From IMG/VR virus record IMGVR_UViG_3300046028_005224, positions 27,435-91,434 of that record: a stretch of DNA of 64,000 bases; one strand, 5' to 3'. The position numbers and the translations under genes are program-made. This DNA comes from a virus. The notes beneath the pieces were generated by a model, which worked only from the letters and a program-made list of their open reading frames with translations, did not search any database and was not told the origin of the DNA. Shown in pieces: positions 17,051 through 26,340 of the stretch (positions are counted from its first letter, which is position 1; each line of letters begins with the position of its first letter).

Positions 17051-17121
17051 AGCGGACAACGGGGATCGAACCCGTGACTGGAGCTTGGAAGGCTCAGATG
17101 TTACCTCTACACCATGTCCGC
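17051..17121 (-). tRNA. tRNA-Gly(UCC)
   Basis: Cloverleaf, loop CTTCCAA, U73 discriminator. Confidence 0.95.
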
Positions 17122-17125
17122 AAGG

Positions 17126-17198
<73 letters not shown>

Positions 17199-17212
17199 AT
17201 GAGAATATTATA

Positions 17213-17626
17213 TCAGATTTTGGGGCAATCGTCAACCCATGGGGCACAGATCCTCATGGGTGGGGCGAGTGACTTACACTCGTTAGTATAGCACACTTTT
17301 TCATCGTTTGCTTCTTCAACATAACGAGGTCGGTACTTCCTGTTTGCTTCTTCTATTATTCTATCATACTCTGGGGTTACTTTGTCAATAGCATCCCCAA
17401 CTGCTTTCTGTGATCTACAAGTTATGATCTCATCAATCTTCAGTTTTACATCCTCTAATACTTCGATATTTAGTGGTCGTGTGACTTGATCTACCACACA
17501 CCAAATTTTTTCTTCTGGCATAGCAACGCAACTAGCTAGTCCAGATACAACAAAAGCAAGAACTCCAGACACAATCATCATGTCTTTTGTACTTACTTTC
17601 TTCTTACCTATTTGAAAATTAAACAT
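17213..17626 (-). CDS. Membrane-anchored hypothetical protein
   Basis: N-terminal TM segment, Cys pairs; TAAATA upstream. Confidence 0.75.
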   Translation of the reverse strand: MFNFQIGKKKVSTKDMMIVSGVLAFVVSGLASCVAMPEEKIWCVVDQVTRPLNIEVLEDVKLKIDEIITCRSQKAVGDAIDKVTPEYDRIIEEANRKYRPRYVEEANDEKVCYTNECKSLAPPMRICAPWVDDCPKI

Positions 17627-17668
17627 GGTAAGGGGGTGTGATCAGCACCCCCTATTTATTCTATTTTG

Positions 17669-18298
17669 TCAAACTTCTACCTTGATCAGCTTGGAAGCAT
17701 ATTCATATGCATAAGATGTACGAGCACCATGATGCCCCCATCCGATCCAACTATACGCATAGTCCATGTAACGGTCAATAGATTTCCCAGGAGTCTTCAT
17801 ACGCTCCTCAATCTTTTGCCATTGGACTTCATTTGTTAGATAACGAAGTTGCGTGTGAAGTGTTGATGGTGAACCACCATACTTCTTAGCGAAATCACCC
17901 AATCCATAATATCGATTGGCAGATGTCCATTGAATCAGTCCGTAACCGCGTCCACAGTTACCCCAACTGGTTCTGCTACCACCTTCACAAATGTTAGGAA
18001 CAAAAGTTGATTCCTGACGAATATTACCCATGATGGTAGCAAGGGCGTTTCTGTCTTTAATTCCAATGTTCTGGAAGTATTCCAGAGCTACATTTTCATT
18101 TTCATTACACCCTTTACAAATTAGCCTTTTCTCTTTAGGTTTTTCGGGAGCAACCTCTTTGGTCGCTGTCAGTGTTTCAAACTCCTTAATAATAGAAAAC
18201 GGCGGAGGAGCCGTCAAAGGAGGAAACAGGGGCAGTGTTGCCACGTTGGTTGTAACCGTTGCCAAAAAAGGCAGGGCTACAGTAAAGAATTGTTGCAC
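17669..18298 (-). CDS. Phage tail-type lysozyme (Phage_lysozyme2-like) with an N-terminal hydrophobic segment
   Basis: ATIMGNIRQES, GYGLIQWT and TQLRYL motifs; GTG start. Confidence 0.8.
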   Translation of the reverse strand: MQQFFTVALPFLATVTTNVATLPLFPPLTAPPPFSIIKEFETLTATKEVAPEKPKEKRLICKGCNENENVALEYFQNIGIKDRNALATIMGNIRQESTFVPNICEGGSRTSWGNCGRGYGLIQWTSANRYYGLGDFAKKYGGSPSTLHTQLRYLTNEVQWQKIEERMKTPGKSIDRYMDYAYSWIGWGHHGARTSYAYEYASKLIKVEV

Positions 18299-18403
18299 TA
18301 GGTTAAATTGAACTCTACATCCGTATAGGAAAAGCGCACTTCCCCTTTCTCAAGGGGCAGATCCCACGGCTCTAATTGTCACATAGAAATGATGTTGGTC
18401 TAT

Positions 18404-18598
18404 TTATTGTTCTAAAAGACACATAATATAGTAGTCTCCATAATCTTCTTGAAACCAAACATCAAATTCCCTAGACAAAGCCTCAGCTTCTTTGATCTTC
18501 CCACTATCGTAAAGTTCAAAGATTTGATCGATAGCATGTTGAATGCTACCCTTTACAACCTTTTTGAGGTTTATCTCTTGTGAGTTTGTAAGGGACAT
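18404..18598 (-). CDS. Hypothetical protein
   Basis: 64-aa ORF with upstream purine-rich SD. Confidence 0.65.
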   Translation of the reverse strand: MSLTNSQEINLKKVVKGSIQHAIDQIFELYDSGKIKEAEALSREFDVWFQEDYGDYYIMCLLEQ

Positions 18599-18625
18599 TG
18601 TTTCTATGTGAACCTACCTACTATA

Positions 18626-18979
18626 TCATATAGGCTCAGTTGTGTCAATCCTTCCAATTAATTTAATAAACGTTTCGGCATCAATGACTACCAAAGGTTT
18701 CTTGTGATTCTTTTTCATGACCACGATTGGTTCATATGTACCAGCATTTACTTTTGCCTGTTCGTATGCTTCCCAAACATTAAGCTTTTCTACATTCTTA
18801 CATTCAATGCTGAATGGAAATTTTTGCCTAGCAGCTCTAGCCATGATAAGATCTTCTCCACCAGCACCCATTGATCTAGATTCAATATCTTCTGGGTGAA
18901 TGTTTAGTTGTTCAATTAATTGATCCCTAACCCACTTCTGTAGATTCCTACCCTTTGCTTTACACGATTGTGGTTTCAT
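18626..18979 (-). CDS. PD-(D/E)xK nuclease (resolvase-like)
   Basis: KAKGRNLQ, GEDLI and FSIECKN motifs. Confidence 0.75.
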   Translation of the reverse strand: MKPQSCKAKGRNLQKWVRDQLIEQLNIHPEDIESRSMGAGGEDLIMARAARQKFPFSIECKNVEKLNVWEAYEQAKVNAGTYEPIVVMKKNHKKPLVVIDAETFIKLIGRIDTTEPI

Positions 18980-19007
18980 TCATAATCTTATAAGATAATG
19001 TATATAT

Positions 19008-19031
19008 TAAAAAGGGAGGTGTTACCCTCCC
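19008..19031 (-). terminator. Rho-independent terminator
   Basis: GGGAGG-GTAACA-CCTCCC-TTTTT. Confidence 0.85.
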
Positions 19032-19037
19032 AATCTA

Positions 19038-19121
19038 TCATTTCATCGCCATTACAAGCTGTGCTGTATGTAAGCGATTTTGTTTTTGAATTTGTTTACG
19101 GATTACATTCAACCAGTTCAT
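19038..19121 (-). CDS. 27-aa basic helical peptide (not in the ORF track)
   Basis: MNWLNVIRKQIQKQNRLHTAQLVMAMK; ATGA-coupled to the DUF4278 ORF; ends at the terminator. Confidence 0.65.
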   Translation of the reverse strand: MNWLNVIRKQIQKQNRLHTAQLVMAMK

Positions 19122-19276
19122 TTTGCTACCTCCGAGTTTTTGCAAGGACGATAAGCAACACCGCGATAGGTGTTTGTTGGATGTGCTGGTGCATGTGTTT
19201 CTGAATACCAGTGCTGATATTCTTGCTTGGCGGTGTCAGTATTATACTGACAACCACGATAGGTTGCTTGTGACAT
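19118..19276 (-). CDS. DUF4278-family small protein (not in the ORF track)
   Basis: MSQATYRGCQY...NTYRGVAY, 52 aa with two YRGxxY motifs; AAGGAGA SD. Confidence 0.85.
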   Translation of the reverse strand: MSQATYRGCQYNTDTAKQEYQHWYSETHAPAHPTNTYRGVAYRPCKNSEVAK

Positions 19277-19308
19277 TAGGTGTCTCCTTAGTTTTTTAGG
19301 TTAAAGAG

Positions 19309-19531
19309 CGTTCCTTCAGTCGGCTTTTGCGTCTATGGGGCAATTCTTTGGGGTAATTTGTTTGATTTCCCAAATAATATCATTCTTCACATGATTAGGA
19401 ATGCTGTGTTTAAGAACTCTTCCTGTCATTAATTGTGATTGTAAGCAAGTGAGAATGACTGCTTCCATAGATGAACGATCCGTTCCGAGTCGGCTTACTT
19501 CCGTTCGCTATTCGGAAATAGCGAATGAACG
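19309..19531 (-). ncRNA. Double glutamine riboswitch (glnA-type aptamers)
   Basis: Two CGTTCA...GGAACG units, P2 stems TTCGCTATT/AATAGCGAA and TCTATGG/CCATAGA, CGGAAGTA and GAAG E-loop strands; upstream of DUF4278. Confidence 0.8.
19316..19468 (-). CDS. 50-aa ORF embedded in the riboswitch
   Basis: MEAVILTCLQSQLMTGRVLKHSIPNHVKNDIIWEIKQITPKNCPIDAKAD; ATG and TGA both lie in aptamer elements. Confidence 0.6.
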   Translation of the reverse strand: MEAVILTCLQSQLMTGRVLKHSIPNHVKNDIIWEIKQITPKNCPIDAKAD

Positions 19532-19538
19532 TAAGGTC

Positions 19539-19590
19539 AGTATAGACCTTGTAAGTTATATAGTCAAGTAATTTTGTAATTTTTGATACA
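19539..19590 (-). promoter_or_regulatory. sigma70 promoter plus NtcA box
   Basis: TTGACT(19567-19562)-17-TATACT(19544-19539); TGTA-N8-TACA at 19575-19590. Confidence 0.75.
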
Positions 19591-19595
19591 ATTAT

Positions 19596-20120
19596 TTACT
19601 TTAGATAATTTAAATTTAATGTTATTCTTGCTTTTTTTGATGGCATTGAACTTGAGTGGAGGGTTTTTCCATCAAAAAGAACAGTTCTTCCTTTTTTAGG
19701 AGTTACTCGTTCTATAATATTTTTATTATCATCAAAGAAAAACGTATCTCCATCACATTCATTAATATAATATAAAACTACATTATGTGGCTCTGCCATA
19801 TCAACGTGAGGATTGTTATGAAGTTTTGAGTTAGCCAATGGCAGATATAATCCAAATCTTGCACGTACTACATTTTCATGTTTTAAATTAAATGCATTAC
19901 TTATCATCAAGATTGGAATTTTAAAAAATATCCCAACATTACTAAACTGATCAAAGTTATCTATACCAAGATGACCGAATGCTGGGTTACCTTTCATTGC
20001 AGGAAATGCAGTGTCATTTAGAAAACTCCAAGGAAAGTTTTCTTCAAAACACGATTCCTCTAGATAGTCTTGAATATAAGACGGGAATACATCATCAATA
20101 ATTTTTACAAGGTCTGTCAT
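19596..20120 (-). CDS. 2OG-Fe(II) oxygenase
   Basis: PHVD, LYYINECDGDT, LFDGKTLHSS and RITLN motifs. Confidence 0.85.
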   Translation of the reverse strand: MTDLVKIIDDVFPSYIQDYLEESCFEENFPWSFLNDTAFPAMKGNPAFGHLGIDNFDQFSNVGIFFKIPILMISNAFNLKHENVVRARFGLYLPLANSKLHNNPHVDMAEPHNVVLYYINECDGDTFFFDDNKNIIERVTPKKGRTVLFDGKTLHSSSMPSKKARITLNLNYLK

Positions 20121-20123
20121 AGA

Positions 20124-21314
20124 TTAGAGTTTAAATCCTGCAAACGTATCTTTTTTAACATCTTGCTTGATGCCCCCAACCACATAAGATTCGACTTCTG
20201 TTTCTTGGGGAGCGACTTGTAGACCTTTGGATGAGATCCAGTGTTCTGTCCAGGGTAGCGGATTATTTTTGGCAGAGATATCATAAATGGGTTTAATGCC
20301 AATGGCTTTCATACGACGATTTGCAATCCACTCAACATAGTTGTTAAGAAGCTTGTCATTCAATCCTATCATAGATCCGTCTTTAAAAAGGTATTCTGCC
20401 CAACTTTTTTCCTGATTGACACAGTTTTCAAAAGCAGCAGCTACCCAAGCTTCTTCTTCTCTAGCAATTTGTTGCATTTCTGGATCATCTCCCTCACCCC
20501 ATTTATTGAGGATGTTTTGAGTAATGACAAGGTGTTGATTTTCGTCTCTGGCGATGAGAGAGATAATTTTAGCGGATCCTTCCATAAGCTTGAGTTCACC
20601 AAACGCAAAGCTGCAAGCGAACGAGACATAGAAGCGGATGCCTTCAAGAATATTGACATTAGCAACGGCTCGATAAAGTTTTCTCTTCAATTCTAGACGA
20701 GACTCTTTTGCATAAGGAACACCTTCTTGGGCAAAAACCCAATCATTAGAAGTTCCATACTGCTGTGCAGAGTTGATAAAATCGTTATAAGCTTCTGTAA
20801 CAGAAGAAGCTCTCTCTAGAATAGTTTCATTATTTAGAATATTGTCAAACACAATTGAAGGATCTGAGTAAACATTCTTAATAATATAAGTATAGGAACG
20901 ACTATGAATCATCTCCATAAATTCCCATGCTTTCATACATGCTTCAAGTTCAGGGAGAGAACAGTATGGAGCAAATGCCATACCAGGCCCACGACCTTGA
21001 ACAGAGTCAAGCATAATCTGATACTTTAAGTTAGAAGTAAAGATGTGCTTCTGTTCAGGGCGAAGAGTTTGATAATCTGAACGATCTTTCTGCAATGAAA
21101 TTTCTTCAGGTCTCCAAAAATATCCAAGCTGTTGTTGAGTCAGTTTCTCAAACACTGGATACTTATAAGAATCATAACGTTGAATACCTAAAGGTTGACC
21201 AAAAAACATATATTGTTTTTTAACATCAACGTCATTAGTATTAAAAACAGTCATGCCTTCTGGTTTAGTCACGTACTTTGGGGATTCTTGGAAATTAAAT
21301 TTTGCAGCTTTCAC
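20124..21314 (-). CDS. nrdB: Ribonucleotide reductase class Ia beta subunit
   Basis: FWRPEE, EMIHSRSY, LEGIRFYVSF, DENQH and VAPQETE motifs. Confidence 0.97.
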   Translation of the reverse strand: MKAAKFNFQESPKYVTKPEGMTVFNTNDVDVKKQYMFFGQPLGIQRYDSYKYPVFEKLTQQQLGYFWRPEEISLQKDRSDYQTLRPEQKHIFTSNLKYQIMLDSVQGRGPGMAFAPYCSLPELEACMKAWEFMEMIHSRSYTYIIKNVYSDPSIVFDNILNNETILERASSVTEAYNDFINSAQQYGTSNDWVFAQEGVPYAKESRLELKRKLYRAVANVNILEGIRFYVSFACSFAFGELKLMEGSAKIISLIARDENQHLVITQNILNKWGEGDDPEMQQIAREEEAWVAAAFENCVNQEKSWAEYLFKDGSMIGLNDKLLNNYVEWIANRRMKAIGIKPIYDISAKNNPLPWTEHWISSKGLQVAPQETEVESYVVGGIKQDVKKDTFAGFKL

Positions 21315-23589
21315 AATCGTCTTCTCCTGAATTTAAGAGTTCTTGTACTAAAGAATCGAGAGATGGTTTATCTTCTTTGATTTCATCAGTCTTATGATCA
21401 TAAGTATTTTGATAATAAGATGTTTTCCACCCGTACTTATAAGTATTTAATAAGTCCTGTGCCATCACTGAGACTGGTACTTCATTGTCGGGATAGTTCT
21501 CTGGATTGTACGACCAGTTTCCACTGATGGCTTGGTCGAAGAACTTCTGCATAACAGCAACAACATTAATATAACCAGAGTTATTAGGCATGTCCCATAG
21601 TAACGTATAATTATTTTTAAGAGTTTGATATTGTGGGACGATTTGTTTAAGAGGACCTTTCTTTGATTTTTTAACGGACAGATAGCCTCTAGGAGGTTCG
21701 ATTCCGTTTGTAGCGTTTGACACCACGGAACTGCTCTCTGATGGCATTTGAGCGGACAAGGTTGAGTGCCGTAAACCCGAGTCCATAATATCTCGGCGTA
21801 GTGTTTCCCAGTCATGTTGATACTCCACTGAGGAAATTTCGTCTACATCTTTCTTGTATGTATCAATTGGAAGAATGCCATGAGAATACTTTGTACGTTC
21901 AAAATACTGACAAGCTCCTTTTTCTTTAGCCAATTGATTTGATGCTTTCAGCAAATAATACTGGAAGGATTCAGAAAGTCCATGTACAGCATCCCAAGCT
22001 TCTTGTGAATCATACTTAAAGCCAAGTTTAGCTAAGTAATGAGCAAGACCAATATATCCTACTCCAAGAGATCTACGTGCTTTTGTAGACAGTTCTGCAG
22101 CTGCTACAGGATACTTTTGATAGTCAATAATCTCATCAAGACCACGAACAGAAAGATCACAAAGCTCCTCCAGTTCTTCATCAGACTTAACTTTACCTAC
22201 GTTAATAGCAGAAAGAATGCAAAGAGCAATCTCTCCAGCACCATCAATATGATGAATAGGATCTGTTGGTAAAGTAATCTCCTGGCAGAGATTGGACATA
22301 TTTACTTTATCAACAAATGATGAATGTGAATTACAATGATCAATGTTCATTATATAGACACGACCTGTCTCAGCACGTTCTTTGAGGAGATTAAGAATGA
22401 GTTCTTGTGCTTTAACAGTTTTTTTTGAAATGGACGAATCTTTTTCATATTGAACGTATAGATCATCAAATGCGTCTGTTCCGAAAGAATCATATAATCC
22501 AGGTACATCATGTGGGGAGAATAATGTGATCTCACCGTCTTGAATAAATCTCTCATAGAACAACTTACTAATCTGAATTGAATAGTCAAGTTTACGGACA
22601 CGATTATCTTCCGTACCCTTGTTGTTTTTAAGAACAATAATGTCTTCTATTTCTTGGTGCCAAATGGGGAAGTGGACTGTGGCTGATCCGCCGCGAATGC
22701 CGTTTTGAGTACAGCATCTGACAGTGCTCTCAAACTTTTTGAGAAATGGTACAACCCCCGTGTGTTGAACTTCTCCGCCTCTGATTTTAGAATTGATGCC
22801 ACGGATTCTACCTGCGTTGATACCAATTCCTGCTCTTTGAGCAACATAGCGACCAATTGCCATATCAGAGCTGAAGATGCTATCAAGGGTGTCATCAACG
22901 TCAACAAGAACGCAACTTGCAAATTGGCGAAGTGGGGTTCTAACACCTGCCATGATTGGCGTAGGAATGTTGATTTTGTGTTTGGAGATTGCGTCATAAT
23001 ATCTCTTAACGTAGGACAATCTTGTTTCTTTAGGATATTCTGCAAAGATCGTCATAGCAATAAGCATATACATGAACTGAGGAGTTTCAAAAACTTTCCC
23101 AGTGCTACGATCTTGAACAAGATATTTATCTACTACTTGACGAAGACCAGCATAAGTAAATAGGAAATCACGATCATGATCAATGTAACGATCAAGTTCA
23201 TGGAACTCTGCCATGTTATACTTTTTGATTAAATCAGAATCATAGATTCCACCATCAACTCCAACAAAAACTTGCTTAGAAAGATTCGGAAGATCTTTCA
23301 TCTTTCCATAAATGGATTTACGAATAGAAAACAATAACAATCTAGCTGCAACAAATTGATAATTTGGATTATCCAAATCAATAAGATCGCTAGCAGAACG
23401 AATCAAGATCTCTTGAATCTCTGCAGTGGTAATACCATCATAAAATTGAATGCCCGATTGCATCTCTACTTGAGATGCAGAGACACCTGCAAGACCCTTA
23501 CAAGCCTCTTCAACCATGATGTGAAGCTTTTCTAGGTTCAATGGCTCTAGAGCGCCATTTCTTTTGACTACTTTGGTTCCGTTACTCAT
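21295..23589 (-). CDS. nrdA: Ribonucleotide reductase class Ia alpha subunit
   Basis: ATP cone VVKRNG, QFASCVL, SNLCQEI, terminal CESCKI. Confidence 0.97.
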   Translation of the reverse strand: MSNGTKVVKRNGALEPLNLEKLHIMVEEACKGLAGVSASQVEMQSGIQFYDGITTAEIQEILIRSASDLIDLDNPNYQFVAARLLLFSIRKSIYGKMKDLPNLSKQVFVGVDGGIYDSDLIKKYNMAEFHELDRYIDHDRDFLFTYAGLRQVVDKYLVQDRSTGKVFETPQFMYMLIAMTIFAEYPKETRLSYVKRYYDAISKHKINIPTPIMAGVRTPLRQFASCVLVDVDDTLDSIFSSDMAIGRYVAQRAGIGINAGRIRGINSKIRGGEVQHTGVVPFLKKFESTVRCCTQNGIRGGSATVHFPIWHQEIEDIIVLKNNKGTEDNRVRKLDYSIQISKLFYERFIQDGEITLFSPHDVPGLYDSFGTDAFDDLYVQYEKDSSISKKTVKAQELILNLLKERAETGRVYIMNIDHCNSHSSFVDKVNMSNLCQEITLPTDPIHHIDGAGEIALCILSAINVGKVKSDEELEELCDLSVRGLDEIIDYQKYPVAAAELSTKARRSLGVGYIGLAHYLAKLGFKYDSQEAWDAVHGLSESFQYYLLKASNQLAKEKGACQYFERTKYSHGILPIDTYKKDVDEISSVEYQHDWETLRRDIMDSGLRHSTLSAQMPSESSSVVSNATNGIEPPRGYLSVKKSKKGPLKQIVPQYQTLKNNYTLLWDMPNNSGYINVVAVMQKFFDQAISGNWSYNPENYPDNEVPVSVMAQDLLNTYKYGWKTSYYQNTYDHKTDEIKEDKPSLDSLVQELLNSGEDDCESCKI

Positions 23590-24563
23590 ACTTTCTTCCA
23601 TTGGTACAATTTGATTTTGGCTTCCAAACCCCCAAAAATGTTGCATTGAATTACATGATCGACATTTCTATTTGCTAAAAACATATCGTTTATATCTTTC
23701 TCACAAATTTCTTCGGGCCATATAACTACCTTCTCTCCAGAATTAATCATCTTTTCATAGCGTTTAACTATTTCAAGATTTCGTGGTTCATTGTCAAAGA
23801 TAAAAACTCTGTTTGGATAAATGTCTTTATCTAAAGAAACATCAGCGCCACACATAGCTAATGAATTATCAATAAACATAGAATCAAAAGGACCTTCTGT
23901 AATAAAGATTCTTTTATCATGATTAATTCGATCTAATCCGTATAGTTTTGGATATCTTTTATCCAGGATCGTAGTAAGATAACGAAGTTTTGAATTCGGA
24001 TCCAACGATCTTGCTTGATATCCAAATAGTTTTTTTTGTTTTGATAATAGTGGAATGATGATTCTTGATTCTCTATTAATATTAGGTATGCCAGCCCAAT
24101 CATTAAAGTCCTCTGCGAAGTATAATTGAGAAAAAAAATCCTCTGGAATCTTGCGATTAGAAAGGTACTCTCTAGCTGGATGTGATGTATTTAGTTTTGA
24201 TATTGTTGGTAGATCAAAAAGTGGTTTAGTGAAGTTAGGTTTTTCAAACTTAAACTCTGGCTCTGGAGCTACCATATTTTTCCCAGTCAGCCCATCTTTA
24301 TATCTTTCAAGCAAGTACTCTTTGTATAAACTTTCGTTTTGATCTTTTAAAAAGTAAGTAAAAGTTTTAGATACGCCGCAGTTGTGACATTTAAAGTTAT
24401 GATTGTTCTTAAACTTGTAAATAAATCCTCGTGCTTTATTTTTATTCTTGGTAGAATCTCCACAATAAGGACAACGAAAATTATAAAGACCGTCTTTCTT
24501 TCTGGAAAATTTACCTAGTTGCGTAGAAAGTAAGCCAATATATTTGGAATCAATAAAACTCAT
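23586..24563 (-). CDS. gp61: DNA primase
   Basis: CPYCGDS...CHNC zinc finger; TEGPFDS and FDNEPRN Toprim motifs. Confidence 0.95.
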   Translation of the reverse strand: MSFIDSKYIGLLSTQLGKFSRKKDGLYNFRCPYCGDSTKNKNKARGFIYKFKNNHNFKCHNCGVSKTFTYFLKDQNESLYKEYLLERYKDGLTGKNMVAPEPEFKFEKPNFTKPLFDLPTISKLNTSHPAREYLSNRKIPEDFFSQLYFAEDFNDWAGIPNINRESRIIIPLLSKQKKLFGYQARSLDPNSKLRYLTTILDKRYPKLYGLDRINHDKRIFITEGPFDSMFIDNSLAMCGADVSLDKDIYPNRVFIFDNEPRNLEIVKRYEKMINSGEKVVIWPEEICEKDINDMFLANRNVDHVIQCNIFGGLEAKIKLYQWKKV

Positions 24564-24991
24564 TACCTAGGCGTAACTTGCTGACTTCCTCCATTATAGG
24601 GTATCCTTACCACATTGTCAACAAAAGGAGGTATGAGCCCTAAAAGAACCACTGTTACTGCAACAATTCCTCCAATTTGCCACCTGAACTTAGAAAGTCC
24701 TTCTACTTTTACTTCTACCTTTTCTATTCTTTCTCCCAACTCTCTACTAATTTCATCATGTTGTTCTTTTGAAGATCTTTTAATATCTTCAATCATTGAT
24801 ACAATTAAATTATCTGTTCTATTGCACTGTTCAATTTTTTCATTATGAACAGCAAGCATTTGACTGATATTTTGACTTGTCTCTCCTATTTTTTGAATCG
24901 CAGTATCAATACGCTCCATCATCTGCTCATATGCAGTAATACGTTCTTCAAGTATTGCTATTTTTGTTTCAGTGGATGATGGGGGAAACAT
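24563..24991 (-). CDS. Coiled-coil protein with a C-terminal TM segment
   Basis: Heptad pattern, then KFRWQIGGIVAVTVVLLGLI. Confidence 0.75.
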   Translation of the reverse strand: MFPPSSTETKIAILEERITAYEQMMERIDTAIQKIGETSQNISQMLAVHNEKIEQCNRTDNLIVSMIEDIKRSSKEQHDEISRELGERIEKVEVKVEGLSKFRWQIGGIVAVTVVLLGLIPPFVDNVVRIPYNGGSQQVTPR

Positions 24992-24993
24992 TT

Positions 24994-25185
24994 TTATACA
25001 GGCGGTTTTCTTTTTTGCATCCATGGTGTACGTGATTTAGCACCCAAATATAGATACTTATTTCTTACTGGCGGTTGATCTCCAGCTTCAGGTGTTCCTG
25101 CTATTTTACCCGCACCCAAACTCATTGTGGGTGCTTCTTCATTTAACGATCTGATGATATTTATTATTCTATCGAGTTTGTTCAT
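24994..25185 (-). CDS. Small late protein
   Basis: MNKLDRIINIIRSLNEEAPT... Confidence 0.7.
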   Translation of the reverse strand: MNKLDRIINIIRSLNEEAPTMSLGAGKIAGTPEAGDQPPVRNKYLYLGAKSRTPWMQKRKPPV

Positions 25186-25553
25186 AGGTTTTGTAGTTGT
25201 TGTAAACATTCAAAATCTAATTCAATATCATGCAAAACTGATTTTGGATACTCAGGGAATCTTTGCAAGAACACCATGAATGTTTTTACAATACCCCATA
25301 AGTCTCTGTCAATTTTATAAAACAGTAATGGAGTTGCAGCTTCTCCAAAAATATTATAAAGTATCAAAAAATGATTGATGAGTAAATGAGTTTTCAATTC
25401 TCCACCATTTTTATATTTTCTAAGTAGTCTTTTGACATACTTAAATTTTTTCATGTCCTCAAGAAAATCCTCTTGAGTTACTGCTTGTGGGTTTTCATAA
25501 TGTTTAATTGCAAACATCATGTAATTATTTTCATTCAACTCATCAAACCTCAT
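25182..25553 (-). CDS. Conserved T4-like hypothetical protein
   Basis: ELNENNYMMFAIKHYENP...LLINHFLILYNIFG. Confidence 0.85.
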   Translation of the reverse strand: MRFDELNENNYMMFAIKHYENPQAVTQEDFLEDMKKFKYVKRLLRKYKNGGELKTHLLINHFLILYNIFGEAATPLLFYKIDRDLWGIVKTFMVFLQRFPEYPKSVLHDIELDFECLQQLQNL

Positions 25554-25554
25554 A

Positions 25555-26340
25555 TCATGCTCTGATTCTTAATGTAGTTGTTCCGATACCTACTGAAGCT
25601 GAAGATCCATTTCCACCAACGTTCTTAATCACACCATCAAGAGTGGTACGAATGCCAACGTTATTTAAGTCAGTTCCTGTTCCAACAATTCCTCTAGTTG
25701 TATTGATTGATAAGAAACTACCAATTCCAGAAAGTGCTGTAGGGGCAGTAAATCTGAACACAACTCTATTGGTAATTTGACCATTAAAGTTTTGTTTGAT
25801 GCTACGCTCAGCACCATTAGCAGGTACACCAATAACATTAACAGGAATTGATCTTCCTACCGATGCTGCAGTCCCCACAATGTCACCAGCTGTAGCTGCC
25901 GTTGTAACACCAGCGGCATTGACTTGTCTAATGCCAATAGTAGCACCAGCAGAGACATATACTAATTCATTATAGACAACATGGACTTCTCCAACAGTTC
26001 CTGTACCAATTCCTGAAGTACCACCAGCACCAATACTAACAGGGCTAGCATTATTAGGATCTGCAAAGAACACTGCAGTTGGAGTTGCAACAGCTAATCC
26101 TTTAGTATTTGCTCCACCACCAGCAGTTGTCAAGCCTGCAATATGAACAAGAATTTCATCATAGAAAGATGAAGATAGTCCACCATGAGTCTTAGTACCA
26201 TAATTTCTATATACCCATCCCTGACCGTTTGCAAAACAGTTATGAGGTGTTCTATTTCTATCAGCTTCCGACAAATGCTTTGGTCTATTAAAAGAATTAG
26301 CAGAAGTTTCAGTCGTTGTTGAAATGCCCCAGAGAGCCAT
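25555..26340 (-). CDS. Probable virion structural protein
   Basis: MALWG start, G/T/A-rich GIGT motifs, TATAAATA promoter. Confidence 0.7.
   Translation of the reverse strand: MALWGISTTTETSANSFNRPKHLSEADRNRTPHNCFANGQGWVYRNYGTKTHGGLSSSFYDEILVHIAGLTTAGGGANTKGLAVATPTAVFFADPNNASPVSIGAGGTSGIGTGTVGEVHVVYNELVYVSAGATIGIRQVNAAGVTTAATAGDIVGTAASVGRSIPVNVIGVPANGAERSIKQNFNGQITNRVVFRFTAPTALSGIGSFLSINTTRGIVGTGTDLNNVGIRTTLDGVIKNVGGNGSSASVGIGTTTLRIRA

Noticed and set aside
18998-19204. 68-aa plus-strand ORF
   Set aside because: Antisense to the DUF4278 and 27-aa ORFs, which have an SD, coupling and a terminator
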